From the NCBI GenBank assembly GCA_964625535.1, contig CAZVEX010000005.1:3477-67476 (forward strand): DNA of 64,000 bases. Reading direction: 5' to 3'. The first letter of the stretch is position 1, and each line of letters opens with the position of its first letter. The DNA is from an uncultured Gammaproteobacteria bacterium. GTDB taxonomy: Bacteria; Patescibacteriota; Microgenomatia; Daviesbacterales; UBA10151. A program made the translations under genes and the position numbers. The notes below the pieces were generated by a model. That model was not told the DNA's origin. It did no database searches and was given only the letters and a program-made list of their open reading frames with translations. Positions 54,920 through 64,000 of the stretch are shown here, one piece after another.

Positions 54920-55007
54920 TCTTTAGTATATTTATAGACTACTTTTTAATTTTACCTAACTCATAGTAATTTGACACGAGATGAATTTAGTCCTATAATA
55001 GCTAAAT

Positions 55008-56156
55008 ATGCCACCTGAGCTAAGAGCAAGATTAAGTATCCGTACAAAAGAAGGATTAATCTTATACAAGGCTGGTTTAAATAATAATAGTGGGGGAGAA
55101 GATTATTCTCAAAATTTTTCTCGAGATGTCCTTGAAGCTGGGATGATGGCGGGCGATACAAGGATGATTCGAGACCAGTTGATCTACGGTAACTTACATC
55201 AAGCCAAACGGCCTGATCCCCAAAAAGGTGCTGAACGTTTTAAATATCATCACCAATTACCAGGTGTAAGACTAAAGACAGGGTTGTCAACTGAATATAA
55301 CGCCTCTGATGTCAATGCTCTCTATTTAATAGGACATGCTTATTATCAAAGGATAACCGGAGACGCATCATTGACAGAAAGATTCAGAGATAATCTACGA
55401 GGGGCGGTAGAAGTTTACATCTTCTCCCACCTTAATCCAACTACAAACCAATTTGAAGAAAACCCCAAGTTTTGCGATGCAGAAGATTTTGCTCTTGACA
55501 GAACTGATTGGAAAGATTCTATGACACCGGGTCGAGATGATGGTAAAGTAATTTATCCGGTTGTCTTGCCTAATCTCCAAGCTATATACATGAGAGCATT
55601 GAGAGAAGCTGATCTAATACTTGGTAGCAGGGAGTTTACTAGTGAAGCCGTTAAGATGAGGAGAGGATTACAGGCTTTATATGATAAAAAACTGGGAACT
55701 TTCTATATTGCGGTGGATAGACTTAGTTTTATCCAAGGGATCAGCTCAGACGGATTAAATATGTTTGCCTATTTGGATTTGGAAGATTTAGCGCCAGGGC
55801 AGTGGGAAGCTATTATTAAAACTTCAAGAGTGCTCGAGACAGTGGCCGGTTATCAAAATATCGATCCTGTGATAGCTAGGACAATGTCAGATGATTACCA
55901 TGCCAGGGTTTGGCCTAAAGAAAATGCCAATATTCATAAAGGAGCTAGGAGGTTACAACAAAGAGCCAAAGAGGAAGGCTTGCATTTTCTGGTTGATGCC
56001 TTTGGTCATGTCATGGAAGTGAGTTCAAGAACTTATGCTTTTCTTGATACTTACCCTGAAACTTTAAAGGTGAAAGGTGATAATGTAGTGAAAGTGGGGT
56101 GTGATCCTCAGCTTTGGACGGTTACAGCTAAGCAATACTATAGATCCCTCTATTGA
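55008..56156 (+). CDS. Hypothetical protein (possibly alpha/alpha-toroid glycoside hydrolase-like)
   Basis: 382-aa ORF. No confident motif. Confidence 0.3.
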   Translation: MPPELRARLSIRTKEGLILYKAGLNNNSGGEDYSQNFSRDVLEAGMMAGDTRMIRDQLIYGNLHQAKRPDPQKGAERFKYHHQLPGVRLKTGLSTEYNASDVNALYLIGHAYYQRITGDASLTERFRDNLRGAVEVYIFSHLNPTTNQFEENPKFCDAEDFALDRTDWKDSMTPGRDDGKVIYPVVLPNLQAIYMRALREADLILGSREFTSEAVKMRRGLQALYDKKLGTFYIAVDRLSFIQGISSDGLNMFAYLDLEDLAPGQWEAIIKTSRVLETVAGYQNIDPVIARTMSDDYHARVWPKENANIHKGARRLQQRAKEEGLHFLVDAFGHVMEVSSRTYAFLDTYPETLKVKGDNVVKVGCDPQLWTVTAKQYYRSLY

Positions 56157-56243
56157 TGTATGAAGGCAAACACCGACCAGGTGTAATGGCAGCTTTGGTA
56201 AATGCTCCTCAACGTGGATTGAAAGATATACAGTTGTAGTTTG

Positions 56244-56489
56244 TTACTTTTTAAGATGTAAAAATTTAAGGGTATTAAAAACCACCTCTTCCAGTTGTTT
56301 GCTTCTCCAAAGATAAATTATGGGAATAATGCCAAAAAGATTAATTAAAAATATGGCTGTAAACCATAAAGTGTCTCCTTTTTTGGCAGATTTCCAAAGG
56401 CCCATGGCTTTCCAAAAAGTCTCCCAAATAATAAGCACCAAGATTCCCAAGCCTGCCGGATTAAAATTAAAACCGTTCCAGTTAAACAT
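56244..56489 (-). CDS. Small two-TM membrane protein
   Basis: 81-aa ORF, two hydrophobic helices. Confidence 0.3.
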   Translation of the reverse strand: MFNWNGFNFNPAGLGILVLIIWETFWKAMGLWKSAKKGDTLWFTAIFLINLFGIIPIIYLWRSKQLEEVVFNTLKFLHLKK

Positions 56490-56508
56490 TTATTTATTAT
56501 ACAGCATT

Positions 56509-56596
56509 TTGGCGGAGAGGGAGGGATTTGAACCCTCGATACCTTGCGGTATACGAGCTTTCCAAGCCCGCGCACTAGGCCACTATGCGACCTCTC
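56509..56596 (-). tRNA. tRNA-Ser (anticodon GGA), CCA encoded
   Basis: Reverse complement: acceptor GGAGAGG/CCUCUCC, anticodon arm CGGGC-UUGGAAA-GCUCG (one G-U), long variable arm, T-arm GAGGG-UUCAAAU-CCCUC, 3' GCCA. Confidence 0.8.
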
Positions 56597-56740
56597 CAAA
56601 ACAGCCTAAATTTTAACAGAAAAATAGATTCTTCGCTATAAACGCCTCAGCTTGTGTTGATAAGCCCGCTGAGGTTTTTTCTTGGCTATTTTATGCTCTG
56701 CATTTTTGTTAGAATTGGTTTACTCTTAATTAAAATTTCT

Positions 56741-57460
56741 ATGGAAATCTTATACATCTCGGTTCTAACCCTTGTAGCCGCCACCATTGGCACCATCACC
56801 GGTTTTGGTACCTCCACCCTGATGATTCCGGTGCTGGTGATATTTTTTCCGCCTGTCGAGGCCATATTTTTGGTGGCGATTATTCACTGGTTCGGCAACA
56901 TCTGGAAAGTGGCGCTTTTTCGCTCCGGTTTTAATTTGCGTCTGCTTATTCTTTTTGGAGTTGTCGGCTTGGCAACAAGTTATCTTGGCGCATATATCTC
57001 GCTCGGAGCAAACGAGCAAATCTTACTCCGTTTCCTCGGTGCGTTTCTGGCAGGCTACTCTATCTTTTTAATATTCCAATCTAAGTTTAAGATTCCTGCA
57101 GGAAATCTAACGGCTCTGTTAGGCGGAGCATTGTCGGGATTTTTCGCCGGCATGTTTGGTATTGGCGGAGCCATCCGCAGTCTGTTTTTGACTGCTTTTG
57201 ATTTGCCAAAAGCCACGTATATCGCCACTGCCGGGGCCATCGGGCTGTTGGTTGATTCAACCCGTATCATTACCTATTTCACCGGCGGCGCGACACTTCC
57301 AGGAAAGCTTTGGTACGGACTGCTTCTTTTTATACCTGTTTCATTTATCGGAGCGCAGATTGCCAAAAAAATTGTGGATAAAATCCCGCAAAATGAATTT
57401 CGCATAGTGATCTCTGTATTTCTTTTCGCCATCGGATTAAAATTAATTGTCTGGCCGTAA
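56741..57460 (+). CDS. TauE/SafE-family (DUF81) sulfite/anion exporter-like membrane protein
   Basis: 'TITGFGTSTLMIPVLVIFF' and second 'GIGGAIRSL' half-repeat. Start placed at 'MEILY' (track ORF starts 56654). Confidence 0.7.
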   Translation: MEILYISVLTLVAATIGTITGFGTSTLMIPVLVIFFPPVEAIFLVAIIHWFGNIWKVALFRSGFNLRLLILFGVVGLATSYLGAYISLGANEQILLRFLGAFLAGYSIFLIFQSKFKIPAGNLTALLGGALSGFFAGMFGIGGAIRSLFLTAFDLPKATYIATAGAIGLLVDSTRIITYFTGGATLPGKLWYGLLLFIPVSFIGAQIAKKIVDKIPQNEFRIVISVFLFAIGLKLIVWP

Positions 57461-57509
57461 TCCATATCCACTTGACATAACTGTTTACATATGCTAATAT
57501 GAATTTGTT

Positions 57510-57800
57510 ATGAATACTTTGAGTGTTTCTCAACTGGTTTCCATATCCGAACTGCAAAGAGGTTATGCCTCTTTGATTAAAAGAATCAAAAAAATGTCTA
57601 AGCCATTGTTACTCCTGCGCCGAAATGAACCGGAAGCGGTTTTAATTTCCGTGCCGACTTATGAAGATCTGGTGGAGAAAAAAAGACTCTATGAGGAAAA
57701 AATGGCACTGGAGGCAATTGTTGATTTTGAAAAAGAGAAAAAAGCTGGTAAACTTTTAATTGCCAAAAGGCCCGAAGATCTTTTTGGACAAGTTGAATGA
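57510..57800 (+). CDS. Phd/YefM-family type II antitoxin
   Basis: 96 aa, 'SISELQRGYASLIKRIKK..KPLLLLRRNEPEAVLISVPTYEDL' Phd/YefM fold pattern. 4-nt overlap with the downstream toxin. Confidence 0.7.
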   Translation: MNTLSVSQLVSISELQRGYASLIKRIKKMSKPLLLLRRNEPEAVLISVPTYEDLVEKKRLYEEKMALEAIVDFEKEKKAGKLLIAKRPEDLFGQVE

Positions 57801-58063
57801 AGATCAGGCAAATAGTTTATTCAAAAAGTTTTGCTAAAAAACTGGCCGGATTTTCCCAAAAAGATCAAGAAAAATTTCTTCAGAAGATTCGCCTTTTTTG
57901 GCAAGACCCGTTTACTCCTTCTTTGAAAACCCACAAATTAACAGGCAAATTAAAAAACTATTGGAGTTTTTCCGTATCTTTTAACTTAAGAGTGATGTTT
58001 CAATTTGCCAAGCAGGAAACAGTTGCCTTTATTGATATTGGCGGCCATGAGATATATAAATAA
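57797..58063 (+). CDS. RelE/ParE-family type II toxin
   Basis: 88 aa, 'LKTHKLTGKLKNYWSFSVSFNLRVMFQFAKQETVAFIDIGGHEIY' RelE/ParE signature. Confidence 0.65.
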   Translation: MKIRQIVYSKSFAKKLAGFSQKDQEKFLQKIRLFWQDPFTPSLKTHKLTGKLKNYWSFSVSFNLRVMFQFAKQETVAFIDIGGHEIYK

Positions 58064-58079
58064 CTGCCAGGTTTAAATT

Positions 58080-58667
58080 ATGACTAAAGTAAAAATTTTA
58101 ATTGAAGGTTATGCCAAAAAACTTAAAAATGGCTGGATAGCAAGTTCTACTACCTGTTTGGTAACCACAGAAAATAAAAAAATAATTACAGACCCGGGAT
58201 GTAATCGTCAAAAACTATTTGAAGCTCTAAAAAGCCAAGGTTTAACTACGGATGATATTGATTATGTTTTCTTGTCACATTGCCATCCTGACCATATTTT
58301 GCTGGCAGGGATTTATGAAAAAGCAAAATTTATCACTTTTGATACCAACTTAATGTATGACGGCGACCTAATACTGGAATTTGACAAACACATATTGGGG
58401 AAAGATATTGAAATTATGGAAACACCAGGGCATGTACTTGAACACCTCTCGCTTCTAATAAAAACTCCCAAAGGGAAAATTGCCATTGCCGGTGACGCGA
58501 TCTGGTGGATTGAGGGAGAGGAACAAGTATTTGATATAAACCAAAAAGACCATTCACAAGCAAAAGGGATGAACATGGAGGAGTTGATTGAAAGCCGAAA
58601 AAAGCTTGTAGAAACTGCTGATTACATCATTCCCGGACACGGTAAGATGTTTAAAGTTGAAAAATAA
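58080..58667 (+). CDS. MBL-fold metallo-hydrolase
   Basis: 'LSHCHPDH' (HxHxDH) and downstream His/Asp ligands. Confidence 0.7.
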   Translation: MTKVKILIEGYAKKLKNGWIASSTTCLVTTENKKIITDPGCNRQKLFEALKSQGLTTDDIDYVFLSHCHPDHILLAGIYEKAKFITFDTNLMYDGDLILEFDKHILGKDIEIMETPGHVLEHLSLLIKTPKGKIAIAGDAIWWIEGEEQVFDINQKDHSQAKGMNMEELIESRKKLVETADYIIPGHGKMFKVEK

Positions 58668-58669
58668 TT

Positions 58670-59206
58670 TTAAGATCTGTATCTTAAAAATACCTCATCT
58701 TTGATTTTTTTAACAGAAATAAGTTTAAATCTTTTAATTTTGGAGGGAGGGAACAAATAGCTTTCTACCAGGGTTAAAGTATCCTTGCTGCTGCCGAATA
58801 TTTTGGGGGAAATGGTTAAAAATATTTCATCAATTAAATCTTCTTTAAGAAAGGAGGCTAAAAGTGTGGGTCCGCCCTCCACCAAAACATTTCTATAACC
58901 TTTTTGATATAAATCACTCACTAGTTTTTTAAGATCACGGTTGGCAACCAGATAGGGGAGATGAGGATGGTGTTTTTTTAGAGATTTTAGAGTTTGCTCG
59001 CCAAATTGTCTGTATAGATTCTTGCCGTGAATTAAACAATCGGCATGCGATCGAAGTTCAAGTAGAACTTGGTGATCAGTGGAGCTGCCAATCGGCCAAT
59101 ACCCCTTTTTTCTAACCGCAGTTTTCCCGTCTAAAGTCTGAATAAAATTAGTATAAAAAAGGGGTCTGCCCTTAATTTTGGGAAAGATTAAGTTCTGGTA
59201 AAACAT
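58670..59206 (-). CDS. Dihydrofolate-reductase-like (RibD C-terminal domain family) reductase
   Basis: 'FIQTLDGKTAVRKKG...' RibD_C/DHFR-like beta-alpha core. Start trimmed to the internal Met. Confidence 0.55.
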   Translation of the reverse strand: MFYQNLIFPKIKGRPLFYTNFIQTLDGKTAVRKKGYWPIGSSTDHQVLLELRSHADCLIHGKNLYRQFGEQTLKSLKKHHPHLPYLVANRDLKKLVSDLYQKGYRNVLVEGGPTLLASFLKEDLIDEIFLTISPKIFGSSKDTLTLVESYLFPPSKIKRFKLISVKKIKDEVFLRYRS

Positions 59207-59840
59207 GTTTTGCCGCCAGAAACTTGAAGGTATGTTTGACAACTATAAATGAGACAGCTATGCCTGTTGCAAAAAGCAGTCTTTCGGAAATGACAATGGG
59301 AATCAGGCCATTCCAAACATTGGCCGGTAAATTAAATGCCCAGATCCAGGCAGCTCCGCCAACAGAGTGAGCTGTAAATGTTGCCCCTAAACTTTTTAAG
59401 AAAAGATTACTTCTGAATTTATAGGTAACAAGTGGGATTAACCAGAACATTAAGGGGTAATACCAGACCGTTCTGCCAATGGGATGAGAGAGAAAAGCGA
59501 TCATAGCCAAAATGGGTATAGCCAGTATCCATTTCCCGTTATTCTTTTTGGAGACAGTAGCAAAATAATAAACGGCAAACAGTGTTGGGAAAAGCCTGAT
59601 AATAGTACCACTGGTCCAGGGAGTCTGTTTGATCAAATTATTGGCCACTTCCACTGCCAAAACCGATCCCACTCCAAAAATTGGCCCTAAAAATGCTCCG
59701 GCTAAAGGAGCAAAAAAATCAAACAAAGTAAAAGAAACGTTGGAACCGGCCAGTTTGTTAAAGGGGATCTGCAGGGTTAAAAAACCTACCAGAGTAAAAA
59801 GAGTTAAAAACAGTAATTTTTCCCTGACAGCCTTGGACAT
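59172..59840 (-). CDS. Polytopic membrane protein (ECF-transporter S-component-like)
   Basis: 222 aa, 5-6 TM helices. Adjacent to the DHFR-like reductase, which suggests vitamin/folate-precursor uptake (inference). Confidence 0.3.
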   Translation of the reverse strand: MSKAVREKLLFLTLFTLVGFLTLQIPFNKLAGSNVSFTLFDFFAPLAGAFLGPIFGVGSVLAVEVANNLIKQTPWTSGTIIRLFPTLFAVYYFATVSKKNNGKWILAIPILAMIAFLSHPIGRTVWYYPLMFWLIPLVTYKFRSNLFLKSLGATFTAHSVGGAAWIWAFNLPANVWNGLIPIVISERLLFATGIAVSFIVVKHTFKFLAAKHVLPELNLSQN

Positions 59841-59985
59841 AAGAAGGCAAGAATAAAATAAATAGGATTAAATGTCAAGGAACAGTTGCTTTCGGGGAAA
59901 TTTTGGAGTATCATTCGTAATTAATCTCCCAAAGAAGCGGGATGAGTCTAATGGCCGCGTTTTATACGAGCGATTGGATAAAATT

Positions 59986-61755
59986 ATGGACGATAGAGAT
60001 TTAATCAAGCAGAAAATTAATATTGTTGATCTAATCCAAGAGTATCTTCCTTTAAAAAAAGCAGGGATTAATTTTAAAGCCCTTTGCCCATTCCACAGCG
60101 AAAAAACGTCTTCTTTTATAGTTTCCCCCGAGCGGCAAATTTTCAAGTGCTTTGGCTGCCAAAAAGGCGGCGATGTTTTTACTTTCTTAATGGAAAAAGA
60201 GGGCATGGAATTTAAAGAGGCGCTGGAAGTTTTGGCCAAAAAAGCAGGAGTCAGCTTAAAACGGCAGGTTGACCAAAAAGACTTCAAAGAAAGATTGTTT
60301 CAGGTAAACCTTAAAGCCCAGGAATTTTATCATTATATTTTAACCAAACACTCCCTTGGCAAGAAAGCGCTTGAGTATTTAAAGACAAGAGGATTGAGCG
60401 ATGAGTCAATAGAAACCTTTGGTTTAGGTTATGCTCCCAACTCTTGGGAATCTTTGACTAAATTTTTGCTAAAACGAGGGTTTAGCGTTTCGGAAATAGT
60501 GCTTTCCGGATTAGGTGTGGCCTCAAAAACAGGCAGTTATGATCGTTTTAGAGGCAGGGTGACTTTTCCTCTGATTGACGGTAAAGACAAGCTGCGGGGA
60601 TTTTCCGGACGGGTGCTTCATCAGCAAGAGCCAAAATATATTAATACTCCCCAAACACCCATTTTTGATAAGGGAAACATGCTTTATGGCCTCAACTTTG
60701 CCAAAGGAGAGATCAGAAGTACGCAGGAGGCAATTTTGGTGGAAGGAGAAATGGATGTGATTTTATCCCACCAGGCAGGAGTAAAAAATGTCGTGGCCCC
60801 CAAAGGCACTGCTTTAACCGAAGGTCAAATTGACCTTCTTAAAAAATACTGCCAAAATATACTGCTTTGTTTTGATATGGATTTGGCAGGGGACTCTGCT
60901 TCCAGACGGAGCATAGAAATGATAGACCGGGCCGGATTTAATATTAAAGTTATCAGGTTGGACCAGGGTAAAGACGCGGCAGAGGTCGCTCAAACAGACA
61001 TTAAACTTTGGCAAGACGCTACTTCCTCTGCCACGGCGATTTATGATTATTATCTGGAGTCAGTTTCCGGCCGGTTTGACCTGAAAAACCCGTCCCATCT
61101 TCGGGTAATTAGAGATGAGTTAGTGCCTGTTTGGGCCAAAATCAGCGATGATCTGCTGCGCGATCATTACATCCAAAAATTATCCAGTTTTTTAAAGATT
61201 GACGATACAGTTTTGCGCAGGGCCATAGAAAAAGTCAGATCCAGCGAAAAAAGAAGTTATACCCAAATCCTTCATCAGACTAAAGATGATGCAGTAGGGG
61301 TCAGCTCCCGCCGGGAATTGCTGGAAGAATACCTTATTGCTTTGCTGTTACATATTCCTCCAACCTTAAATTTTGTACCTTCTTTCCCGGAAACTATATT
61401 TGCGAAAGAAGAGTGGCGGCAGATTTATGTGTTGCTGGTGCTTTATCTTGACTCCATTTCTTTTAAGAGTAAAGAATTTAGCATTAACGAATTCATTTCT
61501 ACTTTGCCAAAAGAACAAATTAATGAGGTGGACAGGCTGTATTTAACCGAACTTGACAATAAACTTTCCGATCCTAAAATTTGGCAAAAAGAGCTGGAAC
61601 AGGTAGTTTCGGAGTTGAAAAAAGCCCTGATTAAAGCTTCACTGCAGAAGCTGTCTTTCGAGATAAAAAATGCCGAGCAATTTGGTAATATAGAAGTATT
61701 GGAAACATTAAATAAAAGATTTAGGGATCTTTCGGTCAAGCTGAAGAATCTATAA
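59986..61755 (+). CDS. dnaG: DNA primase
   Basis: CHC2 zinc finger '[14 protein letters not shown]...[15 protein letters not shown]', TOPRIM 'ILVEGEMDV'. Start placed at 'MDDRDLIKQ' (track ORF starts 59872). Confidence 0.85.
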   Translation: MDDRDLIKQKINIVDLIQEYLPLKKAGINFKALCPFHSEKTSSFIVSPERQIFKCFGCQKGGDVFTFLMEKEGMEFKEALEVLAKKAGVSLKRQVDQKDFKERLFQVNLKAQEFYHYILTKHSLGKKALEYLKTRGLSDESIETFGLGYAPNSWESLTKFLLKRGFSVSEIVLSGLGVASKTGSYDRFRGRVTFPLIDGKDKLRGFSGRVLHQQEPKYINTPQTPIFDKGNMLYGLNFAKGEIRSTQEAILVEGEMDVILSHQAGVKNVVAPKGTALTEGQIDLLKKYCQNILLCFDMDLAGDSASRRSIEMIDRAGFNIKVIRLDQGKDAAEVAQTDIKLWQDATSSATAIYDYYLESVSGRFDLKNPSHLRVIRDELVPVWAKISDDLLRDHYIQKLSSFLKIDDTVLRRAIEKVRSSEKRSYTQILHQTKDDAVGVSSRRELLEEYLIALLLHIPPTLNFVPSFPETIFAKEEWRQIYVLLVLYLDSISFKSKEFSINEFISTLPKEQINEVDRLYLTELDNKLSDPKIWQKELEQVVSELKKALIKASLQKLSFEIKNAEQFGNIEVLETLNKRFRDLSVKLKNL

Positions 61756-61759
61756 ATTT

Positions 61760-62851
61760 ATGGCTAAAAAGACTAAAGAAATTATACTTGATCCTAAAAA
61801 ATTACTTAAACTTGGTAAAGAGCGGGGTTTTATTACCCAAGAGGAAATTCTGCAGGTTTTCCCTAAGCCGGAGGAAACTATTGAGGAGTTAGACGATTTT
61901 TATATCAAACTTCTTGAACTAGCAGTGGATGTATTTGAAACAACGGCCGAGGAGCTGGAGGCGGATGTTAAAGGGGCAACAGAGCTGGAAAAAGAATTAG
62001 AGCTGTTGACTACTTTAGAGGAAGGATCGGTGACCGATCCGGTCAGGCAGTATTTGCGCGATATCGGCAAAATCCCCCTGTTAACTGCCCAGGATGAAAT
62101 AGAATTGGCCAAAAAGGCGGAGAAAGGGGAGAAAAAATCCAGAGACAGATTAATTAGTGCCAATCTGCGTTTAGTTGTTTCCATAGCCAAAAAATATGTA
62201 GGTCGAGGAATGAGTTTACTCGACTTGATTGAGGAAGGAAATATCGGGCTGATGCGCGCGGTTGACAAATATGACTGGAGGAGAGGCTATAAATTTTCCA
62301 CCTACGCCACCTGGTGGATCAGGCAAGCTATTACCCGGGCCATTGCCGATCAGGCCAGAACTATCCGTATTCCCGTGCACATGGTTGAAACTATAAACCG
62401 CTTCAATAGAACTCAAAGAAAGCTCATGCAGGAGTTGGGCAGAGAACCAAATCCGGAGGAAGTGGCAGCGGTTTTAGGGATTGATCCGGCCAAAGCGAGG
62501 GAAATTGTCAAAGTTTCCCAGGAGCCGACTTCCCTGGAAACGCCGGTGGGGGACGAGGAAGACTCGCACTTGGGAGATTTTATTGCCGACCAGGGTTTGC
62601 AGCCGGATGAGCAAGCCACCAGAGAGCTTTTAAAAATTCATCTGGATGAAGTGTTGGATTCTCTTTCTCCGCGGGAAAAAAGAGTGCTGCAGCTTCGATT
62701 CGGACTGGAAGACGGAAAACAGAGAACTCTTGAAGAAGTGGGAAGGGAGTTTGGAGTGACCAGGGAGAGAATCCGCCAGATTGAAGCCAAAGCTATCAGA
62801 AAATTAAAGCACCCCACCAGAGCTAAAAAGTTAAGGGATTATTTGGAATAA
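61760..62851 (+). CDS. rpoD: RNA polymerase sigma-70 factor
   Basis: Regions 2-4: '[54 protein letters not shown]', '[29 protein letters not shown]'. Confidence 0.9.
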   Translation: MAKKTKEIILDPKKLLKLGKERGFITQEEILQVFPKPEETIEELDDFYIKLLELAVDVFETTAEELEADVKGATELEKELELLTTLEEGSVTDPVRQYLRDIGKIPLLTAQDEIELAKKAEKGEKKSRDRLISANLRLVVSIAKKYVGRGMSLLDLIEEGNIGLMRAVDKYDWRRGYKFSTYATWWIRQAITRAIADQARTIRIPVHMVETINRFNRTQRKLMQELGREPNPEEVAAVLGIDPAKAREIVKVSQEPTSLETPVGDEEDSHLGDFIADQGLQPDEQATRELLKIHLDEVLDSLSPREKRVLQLRFGLEDGKQRTLEEVGREFGVTRERIRQIEAKAIRKLKHPTRAKKLRDYLE

Positions 62852-62855
62852 ATAA

Positions 62856-63329
62856 TTACACCCTAGATGAAAGTTGTAAAAGAGCAGGTGGGATTTCCCC
62901 TCCATTTATTTGTTGTACAAACTTAACTGCTAGACCTAAAGCTTCCTGACTGTTTTTAGCCGGTGACTCAATAATATCCTTCCCATCATACCCTCTTCTT
63001 TTCCTCCAGGTAGAAATAAACGGATTTCTATAAGAGCCTATTCCTCCTGGTTGAACAGTTATTCTCCATTCTGCGCCAGAGGTTAAAAGACTATATGTAG
63101 AAAAGCTGCCACTATCTTCTACCTCCCACAATCCTTCACCGTTTGCTCCTTGAGGTCTGTAGAATTCTCTAACACCTTTTTTGTCTGCTGAACTAGAGTT
63201 TTGATATTCTTCCCAAGAGGATAAAATCTCTCCTACAGAATTCCTTAGCAAGTCTGCAGCCCTCTTAACTTCCTCTGAGGGTAAGACTGGAGCCCTTTGC
63301 TCGGTTTCTAAAACTGCTGCATTAGTCAT
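62856..63329 (-). CDS. Hypothetical protein
   Basis: 157-aa ORF convergent with rpoD. No motif. Confidence 0.3.
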   Translation of the reverse strand: MTNAAVLETEQRAPVLPSEEVKRAADLLRNSVGEILSSWEEYQNSSSADKKGVREFYRPQGANGEGLWEVEDSGSFSTYSLLTSGAEWRITVQPGGIGSYRNPFISTWRKRRGYDGKDIIESPAKNSQEALGLAVKFVQQINGGEIPPALLQLSSRV

Positions 63330-63449
63330 CCTAATTTAAAAGTAACAGAAACTATGGGTATAGTCAATGCGAAGGATAGATTTCAGATTTATAAGCGGAG
63401 CTTTCAAACTTGTTTATTAGGTGGTAAAATTCCAAGGGTACATTGATAT

Positions 63450-63524
63450 TCCCCTGTAGCTCAATGGTAGAGCGAGATCCTGTTAAGATCGAGGTTCGTG
63501 GTTCGAATCCACGCGGGGGAGCCA
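63450..63524 (+). tRNA. tRNA-Asn (anticodon GTT), CCA encoded
   Basis: Acceptor UCCCCUG/CGGGGGA, D-arm GCUC/GAGC, anticodon loop CUGUUAA, T-arm CGUGG-UUCGAAU-CCACG, 3' GCCA. Confidence 0.75.
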
Positions 63525-63557
63525 GGTGGCACTTAATATACCAAAATAAAGATTTTT

Positions 63558-64000
63558 ATGCTGTCTTTACATCAATTTTACGAAAAGATTAATTCTGATG
63601 AGGGAAAGCAAGAAATTCTTACGGCTTTTTCAAATATTGACTACAAAAGTTCTACTCAAGCTGATGAATTTTTTCGGACTTACTGTGTAGGTCAATGGAA
63701 TGCGGATAGGCCATCAGTCATATATCACCAAAGAGATTACATAGGAAGAGTAGATTCTTATCAAGATTTACTCCTACTACTTAAAGAAAGTGACAAAGAA
63801 AAATTTAATAAGATCCACAAAGGAACCCCATATTGTTTTTTAGGGTGGTTATATATTGATGTTGGAGATTATGAGAAGGGTGTTTTTTATATTGATCTTG
63901 CCATACTTGAAGACATTAGAATGCATGGAGCTGATTGGTGCAATACTCCCGCTACAAGACTCTTGACACTGGAAGAAATAGCTCAAGATGTACCAATTCA
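63558..64000 (+). CDS. Hypothetical protein, 5' part (runs off window end)
   Basis: ORF from ATG at 63558 is open to the window end ('MLSLHQFYEKINSDEGKQEIL...'). Confidence 0.3.
   Translation, partial: MLSLHQFYEKINSDEGKQEILTAFSNIDYKSSTQADEFFRTYCVGQWNADRPSVIYHQRDYIGRVDSYQDLLLLLKESDKEKFNKIHKGTPYCFLGWLYIDVGDYEKGVFYIDLAILEDIRMHGADWCNTPATRLLTLEEIAQDVPI

Noticed and set aside
1-64000. Prophage, integrase, IS-element or rRNA genes
   Set aside because: No tyrosine or serine recombinase, transposase motifs (DDE), capsid/terminase-like ORFs or rRNA-like conserved stretches were recognised anywhere in the window.

Overview
Low-GC (~40%) bacterial chromosomal segment; the gene content (short ValRS, S4-less TlyA, many small membrane proteins, streamlined housekeeping operons) fits a CPR/Patescibacteria-type genome. 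It contains the replication origin: rpmH-rnpA-yidD-yidC-jag on the minus strand, DnaA-box clusters, then dnaA and dnaN on the plus strand. A Fic-domain gene is inserted between rpmH and dnaA. The window starts with a type I R-M module (hsdR-hsdM) followed by a KAP-family P-loop NTPase that runs off the window edge; no hsdS is present. The region 10.7-18 kb encodes cell-envelope glycan functions: a sugar transporter, an epimerase fused to a large extracytoplasmic domain, a Wzx-like flippase and an O-antigen-ligase-like protein. The most unusual region (24.6-42.9 kb) is a minimal type-IV-secretion/conjugative-pilus-like locus next to oriC. It has a VirB1-like SLT+M23 hydrolase, a split VirB4 ATPase, a VirB3-like protein, VirB6/TrbL and an array of seven TrbC/VirB2-family pilin paralogues, two of them fused to extracellular N-terminal domains. 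A 1400-aa protein plus a Zn-ribbon protein sit antisense inside the locus, and an Avd-like four-helix-bundle gene flanked by AT-rich repeats interrupts the pilin array. Short tandem 7-mer and 'AAAATTGAAAATT' repeats recur at the 5' ends of these genes and inside tsaD. Downstream are smpB-tmRNA, a competence cluster (comFC, dprA, comM), seven tRNAs (four tRNA-Ser, two tRNA-Arg, tRNA-Asn), a Phd/RelE toxin-antitoxin pair, dnaG and rpoD. No CRISPR array, integrase or rRNA was seen.
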